A stretch of 64,000 bases of DNA from a candidate division WOR-3 bacterium (GCA_037444665.1 JBBILZ010000004.1:17077-81076); one strand, 5' to 3'; counted from the first letter of the stretch, positions 20,993 to 32,103 are shown. Notes: generated from the sequence alone by a model not told the origin. Numbers and translations are program-made.

Positions 20993-22342
20993 TTATTTTT
21001 TACTTTGTTTTCTTACTTTTCTTATCTTTCGCAGAACAGTGCCGGTGATACTTTTTTCGCGTGGAGAAACAACTGGTTCAATTTCTTCAACCTCTTTGCC
21101 TGTATCAACCTTAATTGACGGACTTTTAGTTACAGCAAGAACTTGGGATGGATAGACACTTCTATGTCCGGTCATTAAATAACTTATCACGCAGGAGACC
21201 GCGGCATAAGGGGCAATCTTGGCACCAAACATTTCTACTGCCATAATACTTGCCGCAATAGGTGTATTGGCTGCACCAGCCAGCAGACTCACAAACCCCA
21301 GGGCAGAGAATGTAGCAATATCAAGATGGAAAATATTAGCAAAAAGCATGCCTGAGGTTGCACCGATGAAGAATATTGGTGTAACCACTCCACCACTGCC
21401 GCCAAAATTTAGTGTAATTGATGTAAATATCATCTTTAATAAAAATGCGAAAATAAAAACTTCCTTTCCGGCAAGGCAGTTTTCTATTGTCTCAAGTCCA
21501 AGACCAAAATACTCTCTTGAGACAAAAAAACCAAAAATGATGAGTGGGACACCACCAATAATGCCTTTCAATGGTTTATAGATATTTATTCTTTCTGAAA
21601 GGTACTTACCATATCTCATTATCTCAATGAACAACATTGAACAGAGTCCGAAAAAGACACCACCAAGCACAATCTTCAAGAAAAAAGATTCACTAAAAAC
21701 AGGGACAAATCCAAATGGATGATAAAAATACCTTACACCAAGAGAATAAGAAATATGATAACTTGTCATACCAGCGATGAATGAAGGCAACAGTGCCTCA
21801 TATAGCAAATCCCCGATAAAGAGAACCTCAACTCCAAAGATTGCACCGGCGATTGGTGTTCCGAAGACCGAGGCAAAACCAGCACTGATGCCACATATTA
21901 CAAACCTTTTTCTATCAATATCATCAAATCTAAAAATATCAGCAAAGAACGAACTGAGCCCGGCACCAATCTGGGCACAGGGACCTTCCTTACCTGCAGA
22001 ACCACCAAAGGCAATAGTAATGACCGAGGCAATGAGTTTAATCGGAACCACCAGGATATTTATCTTTCCTGCTCGCTTATGGACTGCTTCAATGACCTTC
22101 TCTGTGCCGTGTCCCTCTGCCTCGGGTGCCAGATATTGAATCAATAATGCGCTTACTACAAATACTACAGGGATGAAAAAATAATAATATGGAAAACTAC
22201 CAGCCCAAACCGTAGTCCAGTTCAATGACTTCAAGAAAACAGTCGTGGATAAACCAACGATTACGCCAATGAATGTAGCGAGCACCACCCATTTGAGGAC
22301 GGCGATAAATAATAGAATTTCTTCAGCAAATTTACTCTTCAT
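20993..22342 (-). CDS. ClC chloride channel/transporter
   Basis: GHGTE, GKEGP, GGVVTP motifs. Confidence 0.9.
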   Translation of the reverse strand: MKSKFAEEILLFIAVLKWVVLATFIGVIVGLSTTVFLKSLNWTTVWAGSFPYYYFFIPVVFVVSALLIQYLAPEAEGHGTEKVIEAVHKRAGKINILVVPIKLIASVITIAFGGSAGKEGPCAQIGAGLSSFFADIFRFDDIDRKRFVICGISAGFASVFGTPIAGAIFGVEVLFIGDLLYEALLPSFIAGMTSYHISYSLGVRYFYHPFGFVPVFSESFFLKIVLGGVFFGLCSMLFIEIMRYGKYLSERINIYKPLKGIIGGVPLIIFGFFVSREYFGLGLETIENCLAGKEVFIFAFLLKMIFTSITLNFGGSGGVVTPIFFIGATSGMLFANIFHLDIATFSALGFVSLLAGAANTPIAASIMAVEMFGAKIAPYAAVSCVISYLMTGHRSVYPSQVLAVTKSPSIKVDTGKEVEEIEPVVSPREKSITGTVLRKIRKVRKQSKK

Positions 22343-22404
22343 ATATTTTCATAATCTTTTTTGTCACAACCTCACGATTTACATTGTATTTTTGCAAGGT
22401 TTCT

Positions 22405-23442
22405 TTAAATTTCTTTTTCTTTATTTTCAAGATAGACTGTTCTTATCGGATATGGTATTGTTATATTTTCTTTTTTGAAACGCTTGTGTAAGCGTTTTAC
22501 GAACTCATGCTTAAGCAAATATTGATTAGCGAATTCTTCACAGCGCAGAATCACCGTGAAATTTATGCTAAAATCACCAAAGGTATGATAACGAATAAAA
22601 GGTTCAAAGTCTTTTACCGCACCGGGGACATCTCTCATTACTTCTTTTGCAACATCAACTACAATCTGCTCAACCTTTTCCAGGTCGCTTTCATAACTGA
22701 CACCCACCTGGATTAAAACCGCCATCCCTTTTTCAGGTAAATAATAATTTTTAACGATGGTCTGGGCAAGTTTAGCATTGGGGATAATAATTAAATTATT
22801 GCTCAATTCTCTGATTGTAGTATTACGCCAGGTAATGTCAACAACATATCCCTCTTCCCTATTGCTCAATTGAACATAATCGCCCGGTTTTAACTGCCTT
22901 GAAACAATAATCTGCAAGCCCGCAAAGAGATTACTCAGGGTATCCTGAAGTGCTAATGCTACAGCAAGCCCGCCAATACCAAGCCCAGCAAGGATTGGGG
23001 CGATAGAAATGCCCAGAGCATTGAGTATTATCAAAATCCCGATGATTAAGACAAAGACCCTTGTAATATTGGTCAGAATAGTAGTCTTAGGAATTGCCTC
23101 TTTTATCCCTCCCGAAACCAAATCAACAAAACCAACCGCAATATTTGCAAGCACCATCGTAATAGAAAAGATTGTCAGGACAAGGAAGATTTTATTGACA
23201 ATACTTAATGTTGGGACATCCACAACCAAGTGGGGAACTGCCAGGGATATTCCCGCAAGAATAAACCAGAAAATTATCCAACCCCGCAGGGAACGGATGA
23301 TTATATCATCACCCTGCCATTTTGTCTTTTTCGCTATTCTGTGGAGCCAATTAAAAAGAATAAACTGGCACAGAAAACCCAAAATGATTGAACCAAGCAC
23401 ATAGGATATTGGCAGAATATATTTAATTATTATCACTATCAT
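22405..23442 (-). CDS. MscS mechanosensitive channel
   Basis: GIGGLAVALALQDTLSNLFAG, IPN. Confidence 0.92.
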   Translation of the reverse strand: MIVIIIKYILPISYVLGSIILGFLCQFILFNWLHRIAKKTKWQGDDIIIRSLRGWIIFWFILAGISLAVPHLVVDVPTLSIVNKIFLVLTIFSITMVLANIAVGFVDLVSGGIKEAIPKTTILTNITRVFVLIIGILIILNALGISIAPILAGLGIGGLAVALALQDTLSNLFAGLQIIVSRQLKPGDYVQLSNREEGYVVDITWRNTTIRELSNNLIIIPNAKLAQTIVKNYYLPEKGMAVLIQVGVSYESDLEKVEQIVVDVAKEVMRDVPGAVKDFEPFIRYHTFGDFSINFTVILRCEEFANQYLLKHEFVKRLHKRFKKENITIPYPIRTVYLENKEKEI

Positions 23443-23551
23443 ACTTATTTATCATACTCAACAATTTCAATATTTCAAGACCTAATTTATTTAGTGGCTC
23501 AAATGTTGATTTCAATTGGATTTTAAATATAATTCCATTAAAGGAGGATTT

Positions 23552-24832
23552 ATGAGAAGAATGCTAATTATCATTTTGTTACTTATTTCTGGAAGCATTG
23601 TTACTCTATCAAACAGTGGATGCAAATCAAAAGAGAATTTAATCAATTTACTCGTTGTCTGGGGCGGAGAAGAGTTGGAGAGTTTCAGGGCAATGATAAA
23701 GCCCTTTGAGGATTCCACTGGGTTTAAGGTCAATATTGAGGCAACCCGAGATATTAATGCAGTATTGGTAACACGACTGGAAGCAGGTAATCCACCAGAT
23801 ATGGCAAACCTTCCCAATCCTGGTGTGTTAAAAGAGTTTGCCCGGGAAAAGAAAATCCTGCCATTAGACAATTTTGTTGATACAAATAGGTTGCTAAATG
23901 AATATGGCAAATACTGGGTGGAGTTAGGCAGTTATGATGGTAGGTTATATGGAATATTCATAAAGGCATCATTAAAGAGCTTGATCTGGTATGCTCCAAA
24001 AAATCTTGCGAATTTTTGCAAGGAACCACCTAAAACCTGGGATGAGTTAATGACATTAACAGAAAAGATTTCTCAAGCTGGTAAAATACCATGGAGTATT
24101 GGCTTGGAAAGTGGTTCAGCAAGTGGCTGGCCAGGAACAGACTGGATTGAAGACATTTTATTGCGCAGTGCCGGTGAAGAGATTTATGACAAATGGATAA
24201 ATCACGAAATTTCCTGGCTCCATCCCGCAATAAAAACCGCCTGGCAAATCTTTGGCAAGATAGTCCGCAATAAGAATTATTTATATGGCGGCACTAATGG
24301 CACGATTGCAACAAATTTTGGTGATGCAATAAATCCCCTTTTTACATCTCCTCCCGGGGCATACCTCCATCGCCAGGCAATTTTTATTCAGGGCTTTATT
24401 CACACACAGTTTCCCGATTTAATTCCCGAAAAAGATTTTTCTTTCTTTTCTTTTCCACCCATTAAAAGCAACAGACCAAATCCTATGATTGTTGCTGCTG
24501 ACTTATTTGTGGTCTTCAGAGATAAAAAGCCTGTGCGCGCATTAATAAATTATCTAACGAGTGCACGGGCACAGGAGATATGGGTAAAAAGGGGCGGAGC
24601 GATTGCCCCCAATAAACAGGTATCACTTGAATCATATCCAGACAAATTGAGTAAGAAGGCAGCAACAATCTTTAATCAGACATCAATCTTCAGATTTGAT
24701 GCCTCAGATATGATGCCTGCCAGTATGAACAATGCATTTTGTAAGGGTGTGATAGACTATGTTGCGGGCAAGGAACTTGACGAAATCCTTAAACATATTG
24801 AAAATATTGCCCTTGAATCTTATGGCAGGTAA
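23552..24832 (+). CDS. Sugar ABC transporter substrate-binding lipoprotein (AglE-like)
   Basis: AGGAGG SD; KSLIWY, GWPGTDWIED, FDASD. Confidence 0.88.
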   Translation: MRRMLIIILLLISGSIVTLSNSGCKSKENLINLLVVWGGEELESFRAMIKPFEDSTGFKVNIEATRDINAVLVTRLEAGNPPDMANLPNPGVLKEFAREKKILPLDNFVDTNRLLNEYGKYWVELGSYDGRLYGIFIKASLKSLIWYAPKNLANFCKEPPKTWDELMTLTEKISQAGKIPWSIGLESGSASGWPGTDWIEDILLRSAGEEIYDKWINHEISWLHPAIKTAWQIFGKIVRNKNYLYGGTNGTIATNFGDAINPLFTSPPGAYLHRQAIFIQGFIHTQFPDLIPEKDFSFFSFPPIKSNRPNPMIVAADLFVVFRDKKPVRALINYLTSARAQEIWVKRGGAIAPNKQVSLESYPDKLSKKAATIFNQTSIFRFDASDMMPASMNNAFCKGVIDYVAGKELDEILKHIENIALESYGR

Positions 24833-25691
24833 ACCTTATCATAAACCCTGTGAACCCTGGTTATATTTAGCACCTGCTCTTCTTTTTCTTATCTTCTATC
24901 TCATATATCCTACTTGCCACACCATATTTTTAAGTTTTATGGATAGATATGGAACTCACTTCGTGGGCATCAACAATTTTCTAAAACTTTTTACGGAAAA
25001 GGGTAATCTCATTATATTAAGAAACAACCTGCTCTGGTTAATAACCTTTACCTCTATGACTGTCGGCCTGGGTTTTATAATTGCTTTTATCATAGAGAAA
25101 GTGCCGTTTGAATCCTTTTTTAAATCAGTCATCTTTATGCCCATGGCAATCTCATTCGTTGGTGCCGGTGTAATCTGGAAGTTTATGTATACATTTCGTC
25201 CAGAAGGAACAGAACAGATCGGATTTCTGAATATGCTTCTTGTTAGTCTAAATATAAAACCAGTTGCATTCCTTGTTGATACATATTTGAATAATTTCGC
25301 TTTAATACTTGTCGGGATATGGATATGGACTGGTTTCTGTATGGTGATTCTCTCAGCAGCACTAAAAAACATTCCTGATGAATTGATTGATGCTGCGCGT
25401 GTTGATGGGGCAAATGGATGGCAAGTCTTCTTTTATATTATTTTGCCCCTGGTCTGGCCTGTAATGGTGGCGGTGGCGACTACAATGGTAATAAATGTTC
25501 TAAAAATTTTTGATATTGTATATGTAATGACCAATGGTGATTATGGAACTGAAGTTATTGCCACTGGAATGTATAAGCAGTTATTCCTGCACAGAAATCT
25601 GGGAATGGCAAGCGCCTTTGCGGTGATACTCCTGATAGCAATTCTTCCGGTCATAATCTTTAATCTAAAGAAACTTTTAAAGAATGAATAA
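24822..25691 (+). CDS. Sugar ABC transporter permease
   Basis: DAARVDGA EAA loop. Confidence 0.9.
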   Translation: MAGKPYHKPCEPWLYLAPALLFLIFYLIYPTCHTIFLSFMDRYGTHFVGINNFLKLFTEKGNLIILRNNLLWLITFTSMTVGLGFIIAFIIEKVPFESFFKSVIFMPMAISFVGAGVIWKFMYTFRPEGTEQIGFLNMLLVSLNIKPVAFLVDTYLNNFALILVGIWIWTGFCMVILSAALKNIPDELIDAARVDGANGWQVFFYIILPLVWPVMVAVATTMVINVLKIFDIVYVMTNGDYGTEVIATGMYKQLFLHRNLGMASAFAVILLIAILPVIIFNLKKLLKNE

Positions 25692-26535
25692 GATTTCTTT
25701 TTCGCGATTTACTTTTGGTTTCCTCATAATAATCATTGCTATTTTTTGGTTGATACCAACACTGGGTTTATTCATTAGTTCCTTAAGAACCCCTCAGGAT
25801 GTAATGAGCAGTGGTTGGTGGAAGGTATTCAAAAACATTATTGATTTTCGGCAGTTTACACTTGGAAACTATATTAATGTCATAAAAAACTATGGCCTGG
25901 CAAGGGCATTCTTAAACAGTCTACTCATCACGATTCCAAGCACTATTTTACCAATCTTTATTGCATCACTGGCAGCCTTTGCCTTTGTCCTTATGGAAAT
26001 CCCATTTAGGCGTATTCTACAAATGGTTGTCATCGGACTTTTAGTTATACCAATACAGATAACGATGGTTCCCATTTTAAGGATTTATAATAGTCTGGGA
26101 CTGGCTGGAACATTTCCCGGGCTCTGGCTTGCCCACACTGGTTATGGTTTGCCATTAGCGATCTATATGTTATACAATTTCTTCGGGATGATACCGAAAG
26201 AGCTTTTTGAGGCAGCTTATGTTGAGGGTGCATCTTCTTTTACGATCTACCGAAAGATTCTCATCCCTTTATCAATGCCTGCCATCGCCTCCTTAACCGT
26301 GTTCCAATTCTTATGGGTCTGGAATGACCTGCTGATCGGTCTTATATATCTTGGTGGTAATGAGCAGGTTGCACCATTGACCGTCAAGGTCAGCAATATG
26401 GTGAATTCCCTGGGTCAGAACTGGCATCTTTTAACATCTGCCGCATTTATATCAATGATTATGCCTCTTATAATATTTTTCTTCCTTCAAAGGTATTTTG
26501 AGCGCGGCATCCTGGTCGGTGCAATAAAAGGATAA
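25684..26535 (+). CDS. Sugar ABC transporter permease
   Basis: EAAYVEGA, WVWNDL, C-terminal GAIKG. Confidence 0.9.
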   Translation: MNKISFSRFTFGFLIIIIAIFWLIPTLGLFISSLRTPQDVMSSGWWKVFKNIIDFRQFTLGNYINVIKNYGLARAFLNSLLITIPSTILPIFIASLAAFAFVLMEIPFRRILQMVVIGLLVIPIQITMVPILRIYNSLGLAGTFPGLWLAHTGYGLPLAIYMLYNFFGMIPKELFEAAYVEGASSFTIYRKILIPLSMPAIASLTVFQFLWVWNDLLIGLIYLGGNEQVAPLTVKVSNMVNSLGQNWHLLTSAAFISMIMPLIIFFFLQRYFERGILVGAIKG

Positions 26536-26540
26536 AAAAA

Positions 26541-27077
26541 TTACTTGTTTAACCAATCATCAATGGTATTTAACAACAATTTGACTCTCTTCTTTATCAA
26601 GTAATAATACCATAGACCTGATATTGCAGAAAGTATAAAAATAAACAAAAGTGCTATATTAGATGGAAAGCGCGTAAAAAAAATAGCAATAAATACAAAA
26701 AATACGCCGGGGATGGCAAGATTAAGGCAGACCGTGATCCTTACTTTCTGTGGATTAACAAGTTCTATTGAACCATGGATTGGAACTACTGAATACCGTG
26801 AAACACCATAGTCATAATATTGAAACTCTTTGAAGAAGATTTCCTTCTGGCTGAAAGGATAAAAGTATATTTTGTTCTTTATTTTTGATTTTAATATATC
26901 CTGTATTCCGGAGGCAGGCGGCAGTGTGTAATGAACCTTAAATAACTCCCAATCAACTTTGTGGACCTTAATGATTTGAGTGAAATAGCTTGGGATTTTC
27001 ATCTTTGCAAGAATTTCATCCAGTATTAAGCCAAGAACGAAAAATGCAAACCCAAAATAAATCAAAGTCCAATCCAT
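26541..27077 (-). CDS. Hypothetical membrane protein
   Basis: 3 hydrophobic segments. Confidence 0.55.
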   Translation of the reverse strand: MDWTLIYFGFAFFVLGLILDEILAKMKIPSYFTQIIKVHKVDWELFKVHYTLPPASGIQDILKSKIKNKIYFYPFSQKEIFFKEFQYYDYGVSRYSVVPIHGSIELVNPQKVRITVCLNLAIPGVFFVFIAIFFTRFPSNIALLFIFILSAISGLWYYYLIKKRVKLLLNTIDDWLNK

Positions 27078-27208
27078 ATCCTACCCCTTTCTCTGCCTTG
27101 GGTTTGAAATTCACTGTTTATAAAAATTATCATCATCTTATTTTTCTTAAAAATAAAAATTCAAAAATTTATCAAACAAAACTCTCAAATCAAACATCAC
27201 AACTTTCA

Positions 27209-27230
27209 TATTTGGTCAATTGACCAAATA
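27209..27230. promoter_or_regulatory. Perfect 22-bp palindrome, candidate operator
   Basis: TATTTGGTCAATTGACCAAATA; degenerate copy at 27569-27590. Confidence 0.55.
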
Positions 27231-27545
27231 CGAAAATACCTCAATAATCTTTAATTTTTTTACTAAATTCTCAAGCATTAACATCACATCTCCAATTGCT
27301 TCCTCTTTTATCCAATAATACCGATCTTGAAATTGCACATCATAACGCACCAAGTCTAATTGCCGCAATGATTTAAGGACATGGGAAACTTTGGAAATGC
27401 TCAATCTCATTATCTTAGGAATTTCAGAAGGTTTCTTTTTGCTGCCTTTTAGCAAATATAAGATTTCGTATGCAGTGAGATTGCCCAAGACACGACAAAT
27501 TCGCGAAGCCCGATATCTAATTTCTGGTATCTTCTTTTTTGGCAT
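27216..27545 (-). CDS. ArsR-family winged-helix regulator
   Basis: RVLGN..AYEIL..L...SEI....VSHVL..LR..DLV. Confidence 0.8.
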   Translation of the reverse strand: MPKKKIPEIRYRASRICRVLGNLTAYEILYLLKGSKKKPSEIPKIMRLSISKVSHVLKSLRQLDLVRYDVQFQDRYYWIKEEAIGDVMLMLENLVKKLKIIEVFSYLVN

Positions 27546-27550
27546 GTGCC

Positions 27551-27579
27551 ATTATAACCAGTTTTTTATATTTTGTCAA
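27551..27579 (-). promoter_or_regulatory. Consensus sigma70 promoter, leaderless
   Basis: TTGACA-17-TATAAT, 5 nt upstream of the ATG. Confidence 0.8.
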
Positions 27580-27653
27580 TTGGCCAAATTAGAAAAGGAT
27601 ACCTTAAATTTATCGAAATGCGGCATAAAAATATTCAATTTTTATTCGGTATT

Positions 27654-28424
27654 TTATGCTTTACGCAGATATGAATGAATAAATTTGTAAAGATGTGTCG
27701 CTCTTCCGATTTCGGTTTCGGCAATAATTTTTCCATCCTTTGCAATAATCAATGTTCCCCCGAAGCTTCCGCCCGGAATGGGTTCAAAGGCATTTACCAA
27801 AAAAGTGGTAACACCGGTCTTAGCTATCTGCCGGGCATAGACAAATTTTTCTTTTCTCTCCCAATCTTTTTTATTATTGCAACTACCACCAAATGAACGG
27901 GACATAGGCACAATTAAGTAATCAAACTTTTCTTTTTTTAGTATTTTTACGACAGAGTTATCAAAGATATCACCGCAAATTGCAAACGCCAATTTTCCAA
28001 ACGGAGTTAAACAGGAAGGCAAATCTTTGCCTTCAACATAGAGGTCTTTGGGCACCCTGCGGCTATGCCATTGGGGATTGATTCGGCGATACTTTAAAAT
28101 AATTTCTCCCATATCACTAAATAATAATGCAGAATCATAGATCTTCTCCTTTTCTTTTTCTAAAATACCGATTGCAATATAGATGCGATATCTTTTAGCA
28201 ATTGCTCCAATTCTGCCAGTAAGTTTACCAGGTATTTTTATCGCAAGGGAAATATTTTTTTTGTAATCCTCTGTGGGTAAACCAGTTAATGCACATTCTG
28301 GAAAACAGATTAATTGGCAATGCTTTTTATATGCCATTTTAACCGAATCTTCAACTTGCATTATGTTTTCTTCTATTCCTGATTGTTTAAACAGAAATGA
28401 CGATAAAAACACCTTAAAATTCAT
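27654..28424 (-). CDS. Carbon-nitrogen hydrolase (nitrilase superfamily)
   Basis: FPEC, YRRI, ICGD (E/C present; usual K is R). Confidence 0.82.
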   Translation of the reverse strand: MNFKVFLSSFLFKQSGIEENIMQVEDSVKMAYKKHCQLICFPECALTGLPTEDYKKNISLAIKIPGKLTGRIGAIAKRYRIYIAIGILEKEKEKIYDSALLFSDMGEIILKYRRINPQWHSRRVPKDLYVEGKDLPSCLTPFGKLAFAICGDIFDNSVVKILKKEKFDYLIVPMSRSFGGSCNNKKDWERKEKFVYARQIAKTGVTTFLVNAFEPIPGGSFGGTLIIAKDGKIIAETEIGRATHLYKFIHSYLRKA

Positions 28425-28598
28425 AAGACCTCACTCTACAAAATCCGTCAATTACCTGTATCTGATAAATTCGCTGATAACACCTACTTTTTTATAAATA
28501 TTATAATTATACAAAAAAATAGGTATACTTGCAAGGCGGAACTGCACAATTTTTATCCATCCTATAAATTAGACTAAAATAATAATTAGTCAAACTAA

Positions 28599-29210
28599 TC
28601 ATCCGAAATCGGCTGTTAAAACACCGGCCAGTGGATGCAATTCTCTTATCCGAACAGATGCCCCTATCTCTTTAAGTCAGGCAACTAAATATTCAACGCT
28701 GGCTGGGAAATCTGTGTCGCCGCCATCATAATTTACCTCATCAAATTTATCACGATGTTTATCTGGGTCATCAAAAAATATAATGTCGCCGATAACAATC
28801 CTGCCAGGACGGCACAGCAATTTAGACAGACACGCCAAACTTTCTTTCTTTTTCTGGTCAGTTATATGGTGCAGAGAGTAGACCATCAGGATTTTTGTAA
28901 TTCTATACAAAAAGAGATTTAATGTAGCACTAGGGTCTTCAAATGAACCATAAGCAAAAATCAGGTTATCAATCTTCTCCTGTTGAGCCTTCTTACGCGC
29001 CTTTTTTAGACTTTTTTTATTAATATCAATGCCTATTACACATTTACAAATATGCGCAGCAGAAATGGCTTTATCCCCGGTACCGGTTCCGAGGTCAAGC
29101 AAAATATCGTTATTATTCAATTCCAGTTCTTTTAGAGCAACCTGGCCTACTAAATATGGCACATTCTTTTGGTTCTCCTCTATACATTTCATCATAAAAA
29201 GTTGAGACAA
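28599..29210 (-). pseudogene. SAM methyltransferase with in-frame TGA and damaged 5' end
   Basis: LLDLGTGTG; TGA at 28677-28679 followed by 25 more sense codons; REP overlapping the 5' end. Confidence 0.6.
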
Positions 29211-29289
29211 TCGGCTAAAGCCTTGCTCTACAGATGCTTTTTGTAGAGTCTACTTCTGCAACTACATTTTTAAAAAAAATTACTGCTAT

Positions 29290-29616
29290 TTAAGATTCCT
29301 CGCCTTTGGTCTTTGTCTTTATTGGTTCAACCAACAAAATATAGGCGGGTTTTTCACTGCGCGAGCGATGGCGTGTCCCCTGCTTAACCAGATAACCTTC
29401 ACCTTCTTTTAATTCAATTGATTCATTCTCAAAGTCAATGAAAATCTTTCCTTTTAACACATAAAAGAATTCATCTTCATTCATATGTGTATGCCATTTG
29501 AAGGCACCGTCAATCTTGGCAATCCGCAGGGCAGTTTCATTGACATATATAACATCCTGCGGTTGCCATGGTTCTTTTAATTTTTTATCAATATCCTTAA
29601 AACTTATTTTTGGCAT
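29290..29616 (-). CDS. Cupin domain protein
   Basis: WHTHMNEDEFFYVLKG, GTRH. Confidence 0.9.
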   Translation of the reverse strand: MPKISFKDIDKKLKEPWQPQDVIYVNETALRIAKIDGAFKWHTHMNEDEFFYVLKGKIFIDFENESIELKEGEGYLVKQGTRHRSRSEKPAYILLVEPIKTKTKGEES

Positions 29617-29671
29617 AATACCTCCAATTTATTCAAACATCTAATGTACTGTTCATTGTTATTACTTAAAA

Positions 29672-29762
29672 GGCATTGCCGCCAGTGTGGTTATTAGTCT
29701 ATTTGTTGTTCGTTATTTTTAGCCATTAAACTATGCCGAAAGACCATACCAGCCGCTATGCC
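29672..29762. repeat. Spacer inverted-repeat element, copy A (empty)
   Basis: GGCATTGCCGCCAGTGTGGT...ACCATACCAGCCGCTATGCC. Confidence 0.75.
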
Positions 29763-29810
29763 ATATAACCAAAAACTTACAACTATCATAGAAAATTACG
29801 GCATTTATGA

Positions 29811-31418
29811 TTACATCCTGAAGACGCCAAATTTATGGTCAAGAATTGAGGCATTCAGGGACATCGCAATTCCCAAGCCAAGAACCGTACGCGTATCCAT
29901 CGGGTCAAGTATTCCATCATCCCAGAGTCTTGCGGTAGAATAATAGGCACTTGATTCATACTCATACTTTGCCAGAATCGGTTTGCGGATTTCTTCTATT
30001 TCCTCAGGAGTGAGTTTTCTACCTTCTTTTTCTAATGCCTTGACCTTGATGTCAGTCAGAACATCTGCTGCCTGTTCGCCACCCATCACACAAATTTTTG
30101 CTGTGGGCCACATAAATAAGAGCCTTGGTTCATAAGCCCGACCGCACATTCCATAATTGCCTGCACCATAAGAACCACCAATGATTATGGTAAATTTAGG
30201 GACCTGGGCATTTGCTACCGCATGCACCAATTTTGCACCATCCTTTGCAATTCCCTGATGTTCATATCGTTTTCCCACAATAAATCCGGTAATGTTCTGC
30301 AGAAATATCAATGGTATCTTCCGCACACAGCACAACTCAATGAAGTGGGCGCCCTTCTGCGATGATTCAGAGAATAAAACACCATTGTTGGCAAGAATTC
30401 CTACGGGATAACCCATAATCCTTGCAAATCCACACACGAGGGTCTGACCATACAATTCTTTGAATTCGTGGAATTCACTGCCATCAACTATCCGCGCAAT
30501 GACTTCACGCATATCAAATGGTTTGCGTAAATCCTTAGGGATTATACCATAAAGCTCTTTTGGGTCATATGCAGGGTCAACCGGTGTGCTCCGCTCTAAT
30601 GGATATTTCGGTTGTCTGCCCAGATTCTCCACAATATTTCTGGTTATTTCTATTGCCTGCTCATCATTTATGGCATAATGGTCAGAAACACCTGAAATCC
30701 TGCAGTGGACATCAGCACCACCAAGTTCCTCTTCAGTAACGACTTCTCCTGTTGCAGCCTTGACCAGGGGTGGACCGCCAATGTAAATCGTCCCTACACC
30801 CTTTACATGGACAACTTCATCACTCATTGCTGGCTGATACGCACCGCCAGCTGTGCAGAATCCCATTACTACAGAAATCTGCGGAATATTCATTGCCGAC
30901 ATTATCGCCTGGTTATAAAAGATTCTTCCAAAATGGAATCTATCAGGAAATGTCCCTACCTGTAAGGGGAGAAAGATGCCCCCAGAGTCCACAAGATAGA
31001 TACAGGGAAGCCGATTCTCTATGGCAATCTCCTGAGCACGAATATGTTTTTTTATGGTCTCAGGTATGTATGTGCCGCCTTTTACAGTTGCGTCATGGGC
31101 GATAACCATTACCTCTCTACCATGGACTACACCGATGCCCGTGATAATCGCCGCAGAAGGATGCTCATTATCATACATATCCCAGGCAGCAAGCGGACTC
31201 AGTTCTAAAAATGGTGTATCAGGGTCAAGCAATAATCTCAATCTGTCGCGCACAAATAGTTTACCCCTTTCTTTGTGTTTTTTATGCATATAATCTGGAC
31301 CGCCTTTACGCACCAGTGCCAGCCGCTCTTTGAGAAGTTTGACTGCCTGCTCCACTGCCTGATAATTCTCCTTGAAATCAGCACTATTGGTGTCTATTTT
31401 TGATTCTATTTTATACAT
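29811..31418 (-). CDS. Methylcrotonyl-CoA carboxylase beta-type carboxyltransferase
   Basis: [48 protein letters not shown]. Confidence 0.9.
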   Translation of the reverse strand: MYKIESKIDTNSADFKENYQAVEQAVKLLKERLALVRKGGPDYMHKKHKERGKLFVRDRLRLLLDPDTPFLELSPLAAWDMYDNEHPSAAIITGIGVVHGREVMVIAHDATVKGGTYIPETIKKHIRAQEIAIENRLPCIYLVDSGGIFLPLQVGTFPDRFHFGRIFYNQAIMSAMNIPQISVVMGFCTAGGAYQPAMSDEVVHVKGVGTIYIGGPPLVKAATGEVVTEEELGGADVHCRISGVSDHYAINDEQAIEITRNIVENLGRQPKYPLERSTPVDPAYDPKELYGIIPKDLRKPFDMREVIARIVDGSEFHEFKELYGQTLVCGFARIMGYPVGILANNGVLFSESSQKGAHFIELCCVRKIPLIFLQNITGFIVGKRYEHQGIAKDGAKLVHAVANAQVPKFTIIIGGSYGAGNYGMCGRAYEPRLLFMWPTAKICVMGGEQAADVLTDIKVKALEKEGRKLTPEEIEEIRKPILAKYEYESSAYYSTARLWDDGILDPMDTRTVLGLGIAMSLNASILDHKFGVFRM

Positions 31419-31428
31419 ACACTCCTTT

Positions 31429-31529
31429 AAATTCTAAACAAATTAGAAATCCCAATGTTCCAAGCTATTTTGCGTTTGGAATTTTTAACATTGAGCATTG
31501 TTTAGAATTTCAAATTTAGAATTTAGTGC
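31429..31529. repeat. Spacer hairpin element, AAATTCTAAA family
   Basis: 13-bp perfect IR AAATTCTAAACAA (31429)/TTGTTTAGAATTT (31498) plus heptamer-like repeats. Confidence 0.7.
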
Positions 31530-31919
31530 TCACACAAGCACAGCCTTGTATCCATAGCAGATTATTCCTGCTGAGCCCTCTTCTTGAATCTTTCGGAAGA
31601 CAAGTTTTACCTGTTTACCAATCATAACATCTTCGGGTTTACAATCTACTACCTGGGCAGTAATCCGCACTCCATCATTCAATTCTATTATTGCGACATT
31701 ATACGGAACCTGAGTGTTGAACTGTTCTGGTGCAACACGAATTGTTGTATATGTTACAATCTTTCCAGTTTCGCTCAATTTGACTTTTTCAAAATCTCGT
31801 GATTTACAATTATCACAGATAAGTCGGGGTGGAAAGAAAATCTTTCCACATTTTTTACATTTACCCGCCTCAAGCCGATACCTTTGAGGCATCTCTCTGG
31901 TATATCTTGGTGAAGGCAT
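31530..31919 (-). CDS. DUF35 Zn-ribbon/OB-fold protein
   Basis: CKKCG..FFPPR..CDNC; G.I.TYT.I; YGYK. Confidence 0.92.
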   Translation of the reverse strand: MPSPRYTREMPQRYRLEAGKCKKCGKIFFPPRLICDNCKSRDFEKVKLSETGKIVTYTTIRVAPEQFNTQVPYNVAIIELNDGVRITAQVVDCKPEDVMIGKQVKLVFRKIQEEGSAGIICYGYKAVLV

Positions 31920-31949
31920 AATTGCTCCTTTCAATCAAAACGCAATAAT

Positions 31950-32102
31950 TGCAGTATCATCCGCCACAATTCTTGGCGGATTCGCAGTATCGTCCCTTTG
32001 GGACTTGCAGTATCGCTGTTGCTTGCACACCTGTCTTTTGCAAACGAAGTGATACTGCACCTCCTGCGAGTAAAACGATACTGCAAGCGAAGCGATCCTG
32101 CG
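31950..32102. repeat. Spacer inverted-repeat element, GCAGTATC family, with mini-hairpins
   Basis: 3x (T/C)GCAGTATC then 3x GAT(A/C)CTGC(A/G). Confidence 0.75.
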
Positions 32103-32103
32103 T

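Noticed and set aside
23552..26535. ABC operon lacking an ATPase
   Set aside because: Common for sugar ABC systems that share a remote ATPase
28677..28679. Alternative genetic code (TGA recoded)
   Set aside because: Many intact genes in the window end in TGA
31950..32102. CRISPR array
   Set aside because: Units are ~9 bp, inverted and irregularly spaced; no cas genes
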